From contig JAFGJV010000033.1 in assembly GCA_016928955.1 (NCBI GenBank), positions 1-64,000 on the forward strand: 64,000 bases of DNA. Direction: 5' to 3'. Every line of letters begins with the position of its first letter. Positions within the stretch are counted from its first letter, which is position 1. This document shows positions 45,433-55,823 of this stretch, piece by piece. The notes beneath the pieces were generated by a model that saw nothing but the letters and a program-made list of their open reading frames with translations, was not told the origin of the DNA and searched no databases. This DNA is from Spirochaetales bacterium. Its GTDB lineage: Bacteria > Spirochaetota > Spirochaetia > Treponematales > UBA12059. The translations under genes were made by a program, and so were the position numbers.

Positions 45433-46521
45433 TCATACGCGGATGAATTTTTTCTCGCCCATGCCGTAGAGGGACGAGGCGTCGATTTTTTCTGAGCCGT
45501 CCGGAGAGCGTATGGTTCCCTCAAAACGCCCAAAAGGACCGTGGTAGTCCACCGCCAGTATCAGGGCGTTCACGTGTATGTCGTTGGGTTTTTCGGGCTT
45601 GAACATCAGGTCCACCAGGCCTTCCGTGTCCTGGATGTGCCACTCGCCCTCATAGCCGTACGGACGCGTTACTTTTACAGGCGGCAGGGGATAGGCTTTT
45701 GCGTTGATCCAGAGCACGTTCTCGTTGTAATTCACCTGGTCGCGTACCTGGTTGTCCGTCAGGTTGAAACCGACCCGCCGTCCGCGGCCGTCCACCCCAA
45801 ACCCCGACACCCAGTCGTAACGCATGCGGTACGGGTAATAGCCCTTGTGGTCGTCCAGAACGCCCATGGCGTCAGCGGCCGCGAATTCGTAGCGTTCGTC
45901 ATCCGCCTCAAACCAGCCTTCCATGGGCATCAGCACCTTGGTCGAATAAATGGCCCGGTTCAGGCTGAGGGGCAGGCACACCGATATGGGGCAGCTCGTC
46001 TTGGGCCCGTAGGCAAAGGTAAACTCGCCACAGAAACCGGGACGTCCTCCGCGTTCGGCTGCGCTTGCCTCCACCCTGATTTCTCCCTTGGACGGCATGG
46101 TGGCAATCCGCAGTGCGCAGTCCGGGCTTTTGTAGCTGATGTCCGCCCCGTCCAGTCGCTCCCCGATGCCAAAACGGCCGAGCGGGATCATGCGCTGGAA
46201 TTCCCGGGCCACGGATTGTTCCTTGTCCCATGCCACAAAAATGACCAAGCCCATGGCCTTGGCTTCGTACAGGGAGGCCAGGAAATAATAGCGGGAATCC
46301 CCGAACTGCAGAGCCCGCCATTCTTTGCACCTGAAGTCCTTGACCCAGCGCGGCACGCGGTAATGGTAAGGCCTGTCCACGTCCAGCATGTTGATTCTGG
46401 CCGGGGGAGCGTTGAAACACCCGAAATTAAAGCGGCCCCCGCTCACCACGCTGTCCGGAGGATCCAAAAACGGCCGCTCGTACAGCGGCTGCTCGCTTGC
46501 CGTTGTATCGGCGGCCATCAC
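45433..46521 (-). CDS. DUF2804-like protein
   Basis: KEW, YSTK, GVLDDHKGYYPY, GFNLT, ENVLW, DLMFKP, GMGE pattern. Confidence 0.7.
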   Translation of the reverse strand: MMAADTTASEQPLYERPFLDPPDSVVSGGRFNFGCFNAPPARINMLDVDRPYHYRVPRWVKDFRCKEWRALQFGDSRYYFLASLYEAKAMGLVIFVAWDKEQSVAREFQRMIPLGRFGIGERLDGADISYKSPDCALRIATMPSKGEIRVEASAAERGGRPGFCGEFTFAYGPKTSCPISVCLPLSLNRAIYSTKVLMPMEGWFEADDERYEFAAADAMGVLDDHKGYYPYRMRYDWVSGFGVDGRGRRVGFNLTDNQVRDQVNYNENVLWINAKAYPLPPVKVTRPYGYEGEWHIQDTEGLVDLMFKPEKPNDIHVNALILAVDYHGPFGRFEGTIRSPDGSEKIDASSLYGMGEKKFIRV

Positions 46522-47402
46522 ACCAACCCGCGGCGGTACAGCTCGTACAAGGCCTGGGTTCCCTTGCCGTCATAACCTTCCGCGCTCATTTTGGCGAACA
46601 GGGACTCCGCCAGGGCCAAAAGGGGCAGGTTTAACTGCATGGTTTTGGCCGCGTTCAGGGCTATGCGCAAATCCTTAAGGAAGTGCTTGGAATAGAAGCC
46701 CGGCTCAAAATTGCCGTCCAGCATGCGGGGGACCATGTTCACTAGCTGCCAGCTCTGGGCCGAGCCGCCGCCTATGCTTTCCAGGACACGCCGGGGATCC
46801 AGCCCCGCTCCTTGGGCATAGGTAACTGCCTCCACGGAGCCGGCCAGCGTGCCCGCTATGGCTATCTGATTGGCCATTTTTGTGTGTTGCCCGGCGCCCG
46901 GACCGCCCTGCCGTATGACCGTTTTGCCCAAAACGTCAAAGAATGGCTTCACCGCCTGGAAGGCGGCCTCGTCGCCACCCACCATGATGGTCAACGTGGC
47001 ATTGCGCGCTCCGAGATCCCCGCCAGACACGGGCGCGTCCAGAGCAACCAGGCCCTTGTCACTGGCAGCCCGGGCTATCCTGGCAGCCAGGGCGGGATCG
47101 CTGGTGGTATGGTCTACCAATATGGTTCCGGGCGCAGAAGCCGCCACCAGGCCTTGCGGTCCCAGATACACGTCTTCTACATCCTTGGGGTAGCCAACTA
47201 TGGTAAACACAACGGCCTTGCCTTTGGCGGCCTCGGCAGGGCTATCCGCCCATGCGGCCCCGGCGGCAAGAAGTCCGTCGGCCTTGGCTTTGGTCCTGTT
47301 GTACACGGTCAGCTTGGCTCCCGCCTTGAGCAGGTGTCCCGCCATGCTGGCTCCCATGACCCCGGTTCCGATAAAGGCTATTTCTGCTCCCTGTATGTTC
47401 AT
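46518..47402 (-). CDS. 3-hydroxyisobutyrate dehydrogenase/tartronate semialdehyde reductase family oxidoreductase
   Basis: FIGTGVMG, VYNRT, LDAPVSGG, KMANQ, FLKDL; GAGG RBS before ATG 47402. Confidence 0.9.
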   Translation of the reverse strand: MNIQGAEIAFIGTGVMGASMAGHLLKAGAKLTVYNRTKAKADGLLAAGAAWADSPAEAAKGKAVVFTIVGYPKDVEDVYLGPQGLVAASAPGTILVDHTTSDPALAARIARAASDKGLVALDAPVSGGDLGARNATLTIMVGGDEAAFQAVKPFFDVLGKTVIRQGGPGAGQHTKMANQIAIAGTLAGSVEAVTYAQGAGLDPRRVLESIGGGSAQSWQLVNMVPRMLDGNFEPGFYSKHFLKDLRIALNAAKTMQLNLPLLALAESLFAKMSAEGYDGKGTQALYELYRRGLV

Positions 47403-47413
47403 AGCAACCTCGC

Positions 47414-47908
47414 CTAACTGAATTTGTAGCCAAAACGGCGGAGCATTCCCGCCCGCTCTGCCTTGTCCGCCGGTCCCTCGACGCCTTTCGGGGCATAGCC
47501 GTCTATCACGCCCAGAATGCCGGCGCCCTGGTCGCTTACGGCAACGACCACCTGTACCGGATTGGCCGTGGCACAAAACACGTGGCACACTTCCTGGCAT
47601 GCCTTGATCCTGTCCAGAACGTTAATGGGAAACACCCCGCTGCCGAGCACCAGATAAAAGGTATGCCCGGCACGGGTAGCCTGGGCGCAGGCCACGGCGT
47701 CCGAAACCAACCCGTCGTCGTTTCCCGCCGTGCGGACAAGGCACGGACCGGACGCCTCGTTGAAGGCCAGGCCGTACCGCGCGCCGGGGACGGATGAAGC
47801 CATGATTTCCGCCAGGTCTTCCACCGTTTTGATGAAGTGCGACTGGCCAATGATGATGTTGGCCCCCTCAGTCCACTTGAGAGCGACGGCTTCCGTTTTT
47901 ACGTCCAT
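47414..47908 (-). CDS. Adenosine-specific kinase family (DUF355) protein
   Basis: NIIIGQSHFIKTVEDL, GLAFNEASGPCLVR, FPINVL, CATANP, GVIDG, FGYK. Confidence 0.88.
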   Translation of the reverse strand: MDVKTEAVALKWTEGANIIIGQSHFIKTVEDLAEIMASSVPGARYGLAFNEASGPCLVRTAGNDDGLVSDAVACAQATRAGHTFYLVLGSGVFPINVLDRIKACQEVCHVFCATANPVQVVVAVSDQGAGILGVIDGYAPKGVEGPADKAERAGMLRRFGYKFS

Positions 47909-48048
47909 ACCGATCCTCCGGACCCAGTCTATCCGCGATTCAGGCTCAAGGCAAGAACGACCGGTTTGACGGATGTGTGTCCAGATCTGCCCGTCCAGCG
48001 TAAGCGCGACGCCCAAACCCGAATTTTCCGATTTTTCTTAACAGAACC

Positions 48049-48093
48049 TTGATTCATTTATGTGCTTAGGGCATATTACACACCGAGAGTGTA
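48049..48093 (+). promoter_or_regulatory. Promoter and probable TetR operator
   Basis: TTGATT (48049-54)-N17-CATATT (48072-77); palindrome TACAC-N7-GTGTA at 48077-48093. Confidence 0.55.
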
Positions 48094-48114
48094 TTTTGTA
48101 AACCGGAGTTGCCC

Positions 48115-48729
48115 ATGCCCGATGCCACCAAAGAACGAATCTTGAGCGCCGCGTTTGAGCTTATACGCCAAAACGGTCCCGCTGGCCTGACCATGGAGGG
48201 CGCGGCCGACCTTGCCGGCGTCAGCCGCAAGACCGTCTACAACCATTTCACCACGCGCTACAGCCTGATGGACGAAGCCATAGCCGCGCGGCTGGACCGC
48301 TGCCTGGCTGACCTTGAAGCCATCATCGCGGACCGGGAGTCGGGGTTCACCAAAAAGCTCAACCTTGTGCTGGAACGGGGCTTTTCCGAGCTCAGGAGCT
48401 GCGGCAGGCTCATATCGTATCCTCGCCTGTCCGCCACGGGCTCGGAAAGCCAGCCGGTGCACAAGGAGCTCAACCTCAGGCTGAGCGGTTTCATCACCAA
48501 CCTGGTACAGGAAGCGCTGGAATCTGGCGTTTTGAAACCCGTGTTCCAGCCCGAGCGTCTGACCTGGGTGCTTATCAACATCGTGGACGGCCTTTTGTTC
48601 CTGGACGAACTGGTCGACCAGGCGGTATCCAAAGCCGACATCCTGAAAGACTCACTCAAAGCCATCCTCATCGGAATTCTGACGGAGGAAGGCAACGCGG
48701 CCCTGCAGAACTCTCCCGTATTTGACTGA
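48115..48729 (+). CDS. TetR/AcrR family transcriptional regulator
   Basis: TKERILSAA..G..LTM..AGVSRKTVYNHF helix-turn-helix. Confidence 0.92.
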   Translation: MPDATKERILSAAFELIRQNGPAGLTMEGAADLAGVSRKTVYNHFTTRYSLMDEAIAARLDRCLADLEAIIADRESGFTKKLNLVLERGFSELRSCGRLISYPRLSATGSESQPVHKELNLRLSGFITNLVQEALESGVLKPVFQPERLTWVLINIVDGLLFLDELVDQAVSKADILKDSLKAILIGILTEEGNAALQNSPVFD

Positions 48730-48773
48730 ATAACCATGGGGTTATTAGAGGTTCCCTGAAAGCGAGGACGACG

Positions 48774-49838
48774 ATGTCAGACAGAAAGAAACTCGGAGGA
48801 GCCCTTCGGTGGATCCTACCCCTAGCCGTTGTCCTGGCCGCTGTTGCGTTCAAGGCACTCGCCTCTGGCGGGGACAAGCAGGAGGCGGACGCGATACCCA
48901 TACCCGTCAGGACCGTGAAACCCACGCGGGCGGATCTCGTGAAGACGCTTGAGCTGAACGCCCATATCGAATCTGACAGCATGGTCACCGTTCTGCCCAT
49001 GGTATCGGGCATACTCCAGGAACTGTCCGTGGACGTGGGGCAGGCGGTCAAAAAGGACCAGGTCATTGCCCGGATCGACGCGGCCCGCTACGAGCTCCAG
49101 CTGCAGCAGGCTGAAGCCGCCTGGACATCGGCCAAGTCCAGCTACGACCGCGTCGCCCAGCTATACAAGTCGGGAGCCACCACCCAGCAGAACTACGACC
49201 AGGCCAAGGCCCAATACGACGCCTACGCGTCCCAGTACGAACTGGCCAGGCTCCAACTCGGCTACGCCACCGTGCGCAGCCCCGTGGACGGCGTGGTCCT
49301 CCTCACCCACCTGACCGTGGGATCCATAGCCTCGCCCGAACGGCCGCTCCTCACCATCGGCAACCTAGACGAGCTGATCGTCCGTGCGAGGATTCCCGAA
49401 CGCTATTACCGCGCCTTTTCGGAAGGACAGGAAACCATGCCCGTCCAACTCGTCGGACCGGACGGGTACGCGGTGCCAGGCACCATACGCAACATCAGCC
49501 CCTTCGTATCTGCGGAGACCAAGAATTTCGAAACCGTGGTGGCCCTTGCAGGCGACACCAGCGCCTTCCGGCCGGGCATGTTCGTGTCGGTCGTCTTTGA
49601 GCTCCACCACTGGGACAACGTGCCGGTCCTGCCGTTCGAGGCCCTTTCTGGCTCCGGTTCGCTGTGGTATGTGGAGGACGGCGTAGCCAAGGCCGCTCCC
49701 TTCATACCCGACCGCGCGTCCGACACGGCCTTTGCCGTTCCGGACGAATGGCTCGGGCGCGACGTCATCGTGGAAGGACACTATTTCACGCGCGAGGGCT
49801 CTCCCGTGACCGTGGTATCTGGCGGAGGGCTCAAATGA
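48774..49838 (+). CDS. RND efflux membrane fusion protein
   Basis: N-terminal TM, VSG..VDVGQAVKK lipoyl half, coiled coil, RSPVDG, RPGMF. Confidence 0.92.
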   Translation: MSDRKKLGGALRWILPLAVVLAAVAFKALASGGDKQEADAIPIPVRTVKPTRADLVKTLELNAHIESDSMVTVLPMVSGILQELSVDVGQAVKKDQVIARIDAARYELQLQQAEAAWTSAKSSYDRVAQLYKSGATTQQNYDQAKAQYDAYASQYELARLQLGYATVRSPVDGVVLLTHLTVGSIASPERPLLTIGNLDELIVRARIPERYYRAFSEGQETMPVQLVGPDGYAVPGTIRNISPFVSAETKNFETVVALAGDTSAFRPGMFVSVVFELHHWDNVPVLPFEALSGSGSLWYVEDGVAKAAPFIPDRASDTAFAVPDEWLGRDVIVEGHYFTREGSPVTVVSGGGLK

Positions 49839-52800
49839 GCCTTTCGGACTTCGCGGTCAAGCATCCGGCCATCATCGGCATTCTCCTTATCATGCTGGCC
49901 GTGTTCGGAGTCATAGCGGGCATGTCCATGAATTCGGAGATGATACCGCCGGTCAGCCTACCTGCCGCCAGCATCGTGACCATCTATCCCGGCGCATCGG
50001 CTCGGGATGTCGAACGGGACATATCCCGGCTGATAGAAAACCAGATGTCCACCCTGGCCGGGGTATCCGAGCTTTCGTCGTCCAGCTCCGACTCGTATTC
50101 GGTGGTAAGCCTCGAATTCCGCGACGGCGTCAACGTGCACGAAAAGCTTCCGCAGATACGAGAACTCTTGAACGCTGTCGAGGACGAACTCCCGGACGGC
50201 ATAGACGGCTCGCCGGTCATATACATCACGGAAGCCAGCGCGTTCCTGCCAATTTTTTCCGTCAGGATAGCGTCGGACATGAACGTTGAGGCTTTGACCA
50301 GCTACCTGGAAGACCGCGTGGTACCCGCCATAGCGCGGGTGTCCGGCGTATCGCGCATAAGCCTGGTGGGCGGCGCCCGCCTGGAAGCCCGCGTCGTCCT
50401 CAAAACCGAGGAGCTCGAAGCCCGGGGCATATCCGCGCTGAACGTATACGAAGCTCTCCGCTACAACAACCTGAACGTGCCCGCCGGAACGGCCATGTAC
50501 CGCACCCAGCAGATGTCCTTTACCACGGCCGGTGCCTTTTCCGACTTTGAGGAGCTGGGAAACCTGACCGTGGGTTTTGGGGACGGATCGTACATCTACC
50601 TCAAGGACATAGCGGACATAGGACCCGAACCCGAACCGCGATCCGTCCGCGTGCGCTCGGGCGGCAAGGATTACGTGATGCTGGACGTCCTCAAGCGCGA
50701 TGAGGGCGACACGCTGGCCATAGTCGCCGAGGCGCGGCAAGCCCTGGACGACATGGTGCTGGAAACGCGGGGCGCGGTGGACTGGGCCGTGGTCAGCGAC
50801 CAAAGCGAGACGACCCAGCGCTCCCTGAACACCGTTTTTTCCGCCGCGCTCACCGGGCTGGCCCTGACCATATTGGTCATCCTGCTAGTCCTGCACGACC
50901 TACGGGCAACGTTCATCATTTCCTTGTCCATTCCCCTGTCCATCCTGTTCGCTCTCATGGGCCTGTACCTGACGGGCCGCTCCCTCAACCTGTTGTCCCT
51001 GTCCGGCATGACGGTGGCCATAGGCATGATCGTGGACAACTCCATCGTCGTGCTGGAAAACACTTACCGGCATTTCAAGCTCAGTGGCAATCGCAGACTG
51101 GCGGCGCTGAAAGGCGCCAGCGAGGTCGGCGGTGCGGTGCTCGCGTCCACGACCACGTCCATATGCGTGTTTGCGCCCCTGTTGTTCCTCACGGGCATCA
51201 TCGGCGTGATCATGAACGACCTGTCCCTGGCCATTGTCTTCTCGCTGGCCGCCTCGGCGTTGGTAGCCGTCATCCTGGTGCCCTGGCTCGCGTCGATCCT
51301 TCTCAAGCCGGACGCGGAGGTCAGAAAACCCGCGCTTCTGCGTAAGATCGAAGGGGCCATAGACCGAGCCCTTGACGCCATTGAGCGCTTTTACAGGCGC
51401 CTTTTGGACAAAGCCCTCAGAAACAAGCGCTTCACCGTGGCCTTGTCCGTGTCGTTCCTGGTGTCCAGCGTCCTGCTCCTGTCCATCCTGAAAGTCAGTT
51501 TTCTGCCGCCCACGGACACCGGCGAGTTTGAAATCGGGGTGGGAACGCCGTCCGGATATTCACTGGAACAAACCCTGGCCAAGGTAGACGAGCTGGACAC
51601 CGAACTGGCGCGCCTGGTGCCGGAAATAGAAACGGCTGTGTTCTACGTGGGTTCGTCGTCGGCCATTACCATAACCAATTCGTCCAACCGCGCGTACGGC
51701 AGGATACGCCTGGTACCCAGCCGGGCCCGGGAACGAACCATCCAGGAAATCATCCCCGCCGTGCAGGCCGCCCTGTCATCCACCATACCGGACTGCGACG
51801 TGACGGTTCTCAACGGCGGCTTTGACGCCCTGCTTGCCCTCGGCACCGGAGGCCAGGGCTACCAGATGGAGGTGTACGGAAGCGACCTAGACGACGTGGC
51901 CCAGACAGCCAGGATGGCCAGGGAAATACTCGCCAGGGATCCTGACGTTTTCAAAACGGAATTGTCAGTCCGTTCGGACGACCAACAGCTCTACGCCGAC
52001 CTCAGCCAGGCATACATGGGCGCGCTCGGCGTCACTCCGTACGAGGCCGGCGTGACCGGACGCATCCTGTTCGGCGGCATGTCGGCGGGAACGCTCAGGG
52101 AAGAAGAAGAAGATTACCCCATCAGGGTCACCTCTGACATAGCCGACACCCGCGTTGACGACGATCTTCTGAATCGTGTGATCATCCGCACCCAGGACGG
52201 CCGGCGCGTGAGCTTTGCCGCCTTCTCCACCATGGAATCCCGCCCGGCGCTGTCCCGTATCGACCGCAAAAACCGCAACTTTTCCATTGAGGTACGCGCC
52301 TACCTCAAGACCGAGGACCAATCGGGCGTGTCCTCTCGCACGGACGCGGCCATGGGCGCGCTGGCCATACCCTCTGGCGTCAAATACCGGACCGCCGGCA
52401 CGAGCGAGCTGATAGGCGACTCGTTGTCCAGCCTCCTTTTCATGCTCGGCATAGCCGTCTTCCTTGTGTACGCCGTCATGGTCATCCAGTTCGAGCGTTT
52501 CATGCAGCCCCTGATCATCATGGCGTCCATACCCTTCTGCCTGATCGGCGTGGTGCTGGGCCTGTACCTCTTCGGCTCGGCCCTGTCGATCATATCCATG
52601 CTGGCCATCATCACCCTGGGCGGCACGGTGGTAAACAACGCCATCGTACTGGTCGACTATACCAACACGCTGCGCCGCGACCTCGGCATGGAGCGACGGG
52701 ACGCCATCCTGGAAGCGGCAGGCAACCGTATGCGGCCCATCCTGATGACCGCGCTTACCACCCTGTTCGGCGTCCTTCCCATGGCCCTGGCCCACGGAGA

Positions 52801-52972
52801 CGGCTCGGAAGTGTACGCCCCGCTCGGCCAGGCCATCTTCGGAGGCCTGCTCACGTCCACGGTCATAACCTTGATCATCATTCCTCTCTTGTACGACGCG
52901 CTTGAACGTCGCGTCGCCTATATACCGGCGCCGCTGAAAAACGGCGCGGAGGAGGCCCATACCTATGAATAG
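49835..52972 (+). CDS. RND efflux permease (AcrB/HAE1 family)
   Basis: YPGASA, GMIVDNSIVVLEN, STTTS..F.P, VNNAIVLVD, RMRPILMT; ATGA overlap with the MFP gene. Confidence 0.95.
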   Translation: MSLSDFAVKHPAIIGILLIMLAVFGVIAGMSMNSEMIPPVSLPAASIVTIYPGASARDVERDISRLIENQMSTLAGVSELSSSSSDSYSVVSLEFRDGVNVHEKLPQIRELLNAVEDELPDGIDGSPVIYITEASAFLPIFSVRIASDMNVEALTSYLEDRVVPAIARVSGVSRISLVGGARLEARVVLKTEELEARGISALNVYEALRYNNLNVPAGTAMYRTQQMSFTTAGAFSDFEELGNLTVGFGDGSYIYLKDIADIGPEPEPRSVRVRSGGKDYVMLDVLKRDEGDTLAIVAEARQALDDMVLETRGAVDWAVVSDQSETTQRSLNTVFSAALTGLALTILVILLVLHDLRATFIISLSIPLSILFALMGLYLTGRSLNLLSLSGMTVAIGMIVDNSIVVLENTYRHFKLSGNRRLAALKGASEVGGAVLASTTTSICVFAPLLFLTGIIGVIMNDLSLAIVFSLAASALVAVILVPWLASILLKPDAEVRKPALLRKIEGAIDRALDAIERFYRRLLDKALRNKRFTVALSVSFLVSSVLLLSILKVSFLPPTDTGEFEIGVGTPSGYSLEQTLAKVDELDTELARLVPEIETAVFYVGSSSAITITNSSNRAYGRIRLVPSRARERTIQEIIPAVQAALSSTIPDCDVTVLNGGFDALLALGTGGQGYQMEVYGSDLDDVAQTARMAREILARDPDVFKTELSVRSDDQQLYADLSQAYMGALGVTPYEAGVTGRILFGGMSAGTLREEEEDYPIRVTSDIADTRVDDDLLNRVIIRTQDGRRVSFAAFSTMESRPALSRIDRKNRNFSIEVRAYLKTEDQSGVSSRTDAAMGALAIPSGVKYRTAGTSELIGDSLSSLLFMLGIAVFLVYAVMVIQFERFMQPLIIMASIPFCLIGVVLGLYLFGSALSIISMLAIITLGGTVVNNAIVLVDYTNTLRRDLGMERRDAILEAAGNRMRPILMTALTTLFGVLPMALAHGDGSEVYAPLGQAIFGGLLTSTVITLIIIPLLYDALERRVAYIPAPLKNGAEEAHTYE

Positions 52973-54299
52973 ACGAACAAGCTTTGTGCCCGCGGGCGCC
53001 GTTGTCTTGGCCCTGCTCTTGGCCGCCGCGCCGCTGACCGCCTGCTCGTCGGTGTTCACCGCGTCCATCCAGGGCACCCTGATAGACACCGAGGCCTACG
53101 ACGACGGCCAGACGCTGGGCATAGCCGACGCAATCGTGTACCTGTACACGGACGAGGATGCCTGGAACGGCGACTACGCCGCCTTTGTTGAGCGGAACGA
53201 GGCTACCCTGCCCGACGCCCCCGGCAAGGCGTCGTACCGCTATTTCCAGAGCACGCAGTCTGGCTCGGACGGCAGTTACCAGTTCACCGGTTTTATCTGG
53301 GAAAGCATGGCGCCCGAGTACGGCAAAACCGCCGACCGCCGCCAGATTTTCATCCTGGCGTACCATCCAGACTACGGCCTCTGGAAAAACGCCACGCCCA
53401 TCTATGTGGTGTCCGACGTCACGGCCAGGTTGCCTCCCATCAAGATGACGGACCTGTGGCACGAAGGTCGCCTGTCTGGCAACGTGGCGGACTGGAAAGA
53501 CGGCCAGGAATTCACCGGGGCCGGCGTTCGCATATACGTGGCCGAGTCCTGGGAATACGACGCAGGTGGCAACCCGGTATCCATTCTGTGGCCTGAGTCG
53601 CCGTCAGCCACGGACACCGTCAATGACGGTTACTGGACCGCCGACGTCAGCTTTCCGGTCATGCCAAGCAGGGCGGCCGATCTCCGCAAGGCGCCCGTGC
53701 GCGTGGTGTACGCGCTGTCCGGCTACCGCGCCAACGACCCCGTTGACGGCACCGACCTGGACAGCGTCAACGACACCAGCCTTGGAGCCGGCGTCCTGAT
53801 TCGCGACCAGGACCTTGACCGCGACGGGCGCACGCCCACCGACCCCTCAAGCCCAGATTATGACGACGCGTTCGTGGAAGCGCTCGTGTTCTCGTCGGAA
53901 GACCAGCCGCTGACCAGCCTCCCGGGTACGGTATCGCTCCAGCGTTGGCAGTTCAGCGCCACCGTCCAGGGTCGCGTCTCAGACGGCCTTACCCCAAAAA
54001 CCTACCTGGACGGCGTGGAAGTCAGCCTGGCCGTTCCCGGTAGCGCCGAGCCGGAATTGACGACCACGGCCACACGCACCAGCGGCGAGGTATCCTACCC
54101 TGGCTCTTTCAGCTTTGGGACCGTGTCCTGGGAACTCGGCGACATAACCGTGGATCTGAACAGCTCGGGCGGCATCGTTGACGAACAGCAATCCGGTCGC
54201 GTGGACATGGTTCTCTTGCTGGATGGCGCGCCTCCAGCCCAAGGCGACAGAAACAACCTGTCCCCCGACGTGACGTTCAATCTGGAGCTGGTACAATGA
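52965..54299 (+). CDS. Uncharacterised beta-rich lipoprotein within the RND operon
   Basis: Lipobox LTAC; repeated Ig/transthyretin-like patterns (IQGTLID..GIADAIVYL, LSGNVAD..GAGVRI, VQGRVSD..DGVEVSL); overlaps both neighbours. Confidence 0.75.
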   Translation: MNRRTSFVPAGAVVLALLLAAAPLTACSSVFTASIQGTLIDTEAYDDGQTLGIADAIVYLYTDEDAWNGDYAAFVERNEATLPDAPGKASYRYFQSTQSGSDGSYQFTGFIWESMAPEYGKTADRRQIFILAYHPDYGLWKNATPIYVVSDVTARLPPIKMTDLWHEGRLSGNVADWKDGQEFTGAGVRIYVAESWEYDAGGNPVSILWPESPSATDTVNDGYWTADVSFPVMPSRAADLRKAPVRVVYALSGYRANDPVDGTDLDSVNDTSLGAGVLIRDQDLDRDGRTPTDPSSPDYDDAFVEALVFSSEDQPLTSLPGTVSLQRWQFSATVQGRVSDGLTPKTYLDGVEVSLAVPGSAEPELTTTATRTSGEVSYPGSFSFGTVSWELGDITVDLNSSGGIVDEQQSGRVDMVLLLDGAPPAQGDRNNLSPDVTFNLELVQ

Positions 54300-55810
54300 C
54301 CTTGCCCGTTCGATGTCGAGCTCACGCTAGCATGCGAGCGCTAGCCGCGGCGGGAGTGCTGCTTGCTGGCTCACTCGCCTTTGGCCAGAACGCGTCCAGC
54401 GCCGCGTATGCCGCCGAATATGCCGCGGTCGTGGCCGAATTCCGCCAGGTCTCGGTGTTTTCTCCCGCGCTGGCGCCTACGCCGCCCCTGGGAAGCGGTA
54501 GCTCCGGCGACCTGGAAACGCCATGGACCCTGGACGACCTGTTGGTTTTGGCTTCCTTCAACAATCCCGAACTGGGCCAGGCCGCCAGCGCCCTGGACGC
54601 CGCCCTGGCCGACCTCAGGGGCGCCAGAGCCAGACGTTATCCCTCGCTGGACCTGGAAACGTCCGGGTCGTTCATCGGAAACCCTCTGGGTCCGATCAGC
54701 ATTACCGCAGACCAGTTCGGGCCGAGCGTTCCCCCTGAAGACGTGCTGTTGTACAAGGGCATGGAAAACACCCTGTACGACTTCAGCCTGATAGGCCAGG
54801 TGCCCCTGTTCACCTGGGGAAAGCTAAAACTTGGCGTGTCCCTGGCCGAACTCGGCGTGGATGCGGCCAGAATCAGCATGGACAAAGCCAGGACCGAGCT
54901 TGGCATACGCATACGCGGTTTGTATGACGCCTTGTCCTACCTGCGTGGCGCGGAAAAAATACTGGAGCTGCAATCTAGGATAGGCCAACGCTTGACCGTG
55001 CTGGCGGAGGAAAGCGCAAAGGCGGGATTCCTGACCGCGGCCGACCTTGCCAATGCCAAAATCAAGGTTAAAGAAGTCGATCTCGCACGTGTTCGCCTCA
55101 GCGAGCAACGTGACAGCCTTTTGTCCCAACTGGCCCGGGAGACAGGCACGGAATCCATCAGCCTGAACATGCTGGCCGTGCAACCCGCCAAAGCGGGCTC
55201 GCCGCGCTGGTCCGAAGCCGAGCTCTTGTCCGTGATGGAAAGCGGCAGCTGGGATCTGACCCTGTTGGCCCTTCAGGAGGAGGCGACCGCTGGCATGGCC
55301 CGCCTAGCGACCCTACAGTCCAAAGGACTGCCCGACCTTGGCCTGCGCGTAGAGCTGTCGTACGGCGGGTCGCGTTTCCCGTTCCTGGAAACCGACTGGT
55401 ACCGGCAGGACGACTATCAGCTCACCATCAGCCTGGGCACCACCGGTCCCCTTATCGGGAGCGCGGTGAAAGCCGGCGACGCGGCCAGAGCCACGGCCGA
55501 GGCTGAGAAGGCCGCCATGCAGAGCGCAGACGGACTCCGTGCTCTGCGCGCATACGCCCGTGAAACGTTTCTGACCTTGGAACTCAGCAAGGCAAGGATT
55601 GAGTACGCCATACTCAAGCAGGAAGGCTGGGCCGCGGATCTGGACAAACGGCTGGTCGAGCTCAGGGTCGGAGCCGGGTCGGAAACCGAGTACCTGTCGG
55701 CCATGATAGAGGCCTTGGCCAACTTGGCAGAGGCGTATGGAACCCTGGGCGAATACCGGCAAGGACTACTGACCCTGGAAGCCCTTGCCGGTTCTGCCGC
55801 GGCCGACTGA
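54296..55810 (+). CDS. TolC family outer-membrane efflux channel
   Basis: Signal peptide, NNPEL, ARRYPSL, VPLFTWG and two helical OEP repeats. The start may instead be ATG 54332. Confidence 0.88.
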   Translation: MTLPVRCRAHASMRALAAAGVLLAGSLAFGQNASSAAYAAEYAAVVAEFRQVSVFSPALAPTPPLGSGSSGDLETPWTLDDLLVLASFNNPELGQAASALDAALADLRGARARRYPSLDLETSGSFIGNPLGPISITADQFGPSVPPEDVLLYKGMENTLYDFSLIGQVPLFTWGKLKLGVSLAELGVDAARISMDKARTELGIRIRGLYDALSYLRGAEKILELQSRIGQRLTVLAEESAKAGFLTAADLANAKIKVKEVDLARVRLSEQRDSLLSQLARETGTESISLNMLAVQPAKAGSPRWSEAELLSVMESGSWDLTLLALQEEATAGMARLATLQSKGLPDLGLRVELSYGGSRFPFLETDWYRQDDYQLTISLGTTGPLIGSAVKAGDAARATAEAEKAAMQSADGLRALRAYARETFLTLELSKARIEYAILKQEGWAADLDKRLVELRVGAGSETEYLSAMIEALANLAEAYGTLGEYRQGLLTLEALAGSAAAD

Positions 55811-55823
55811 CCCGCGACCGAGG

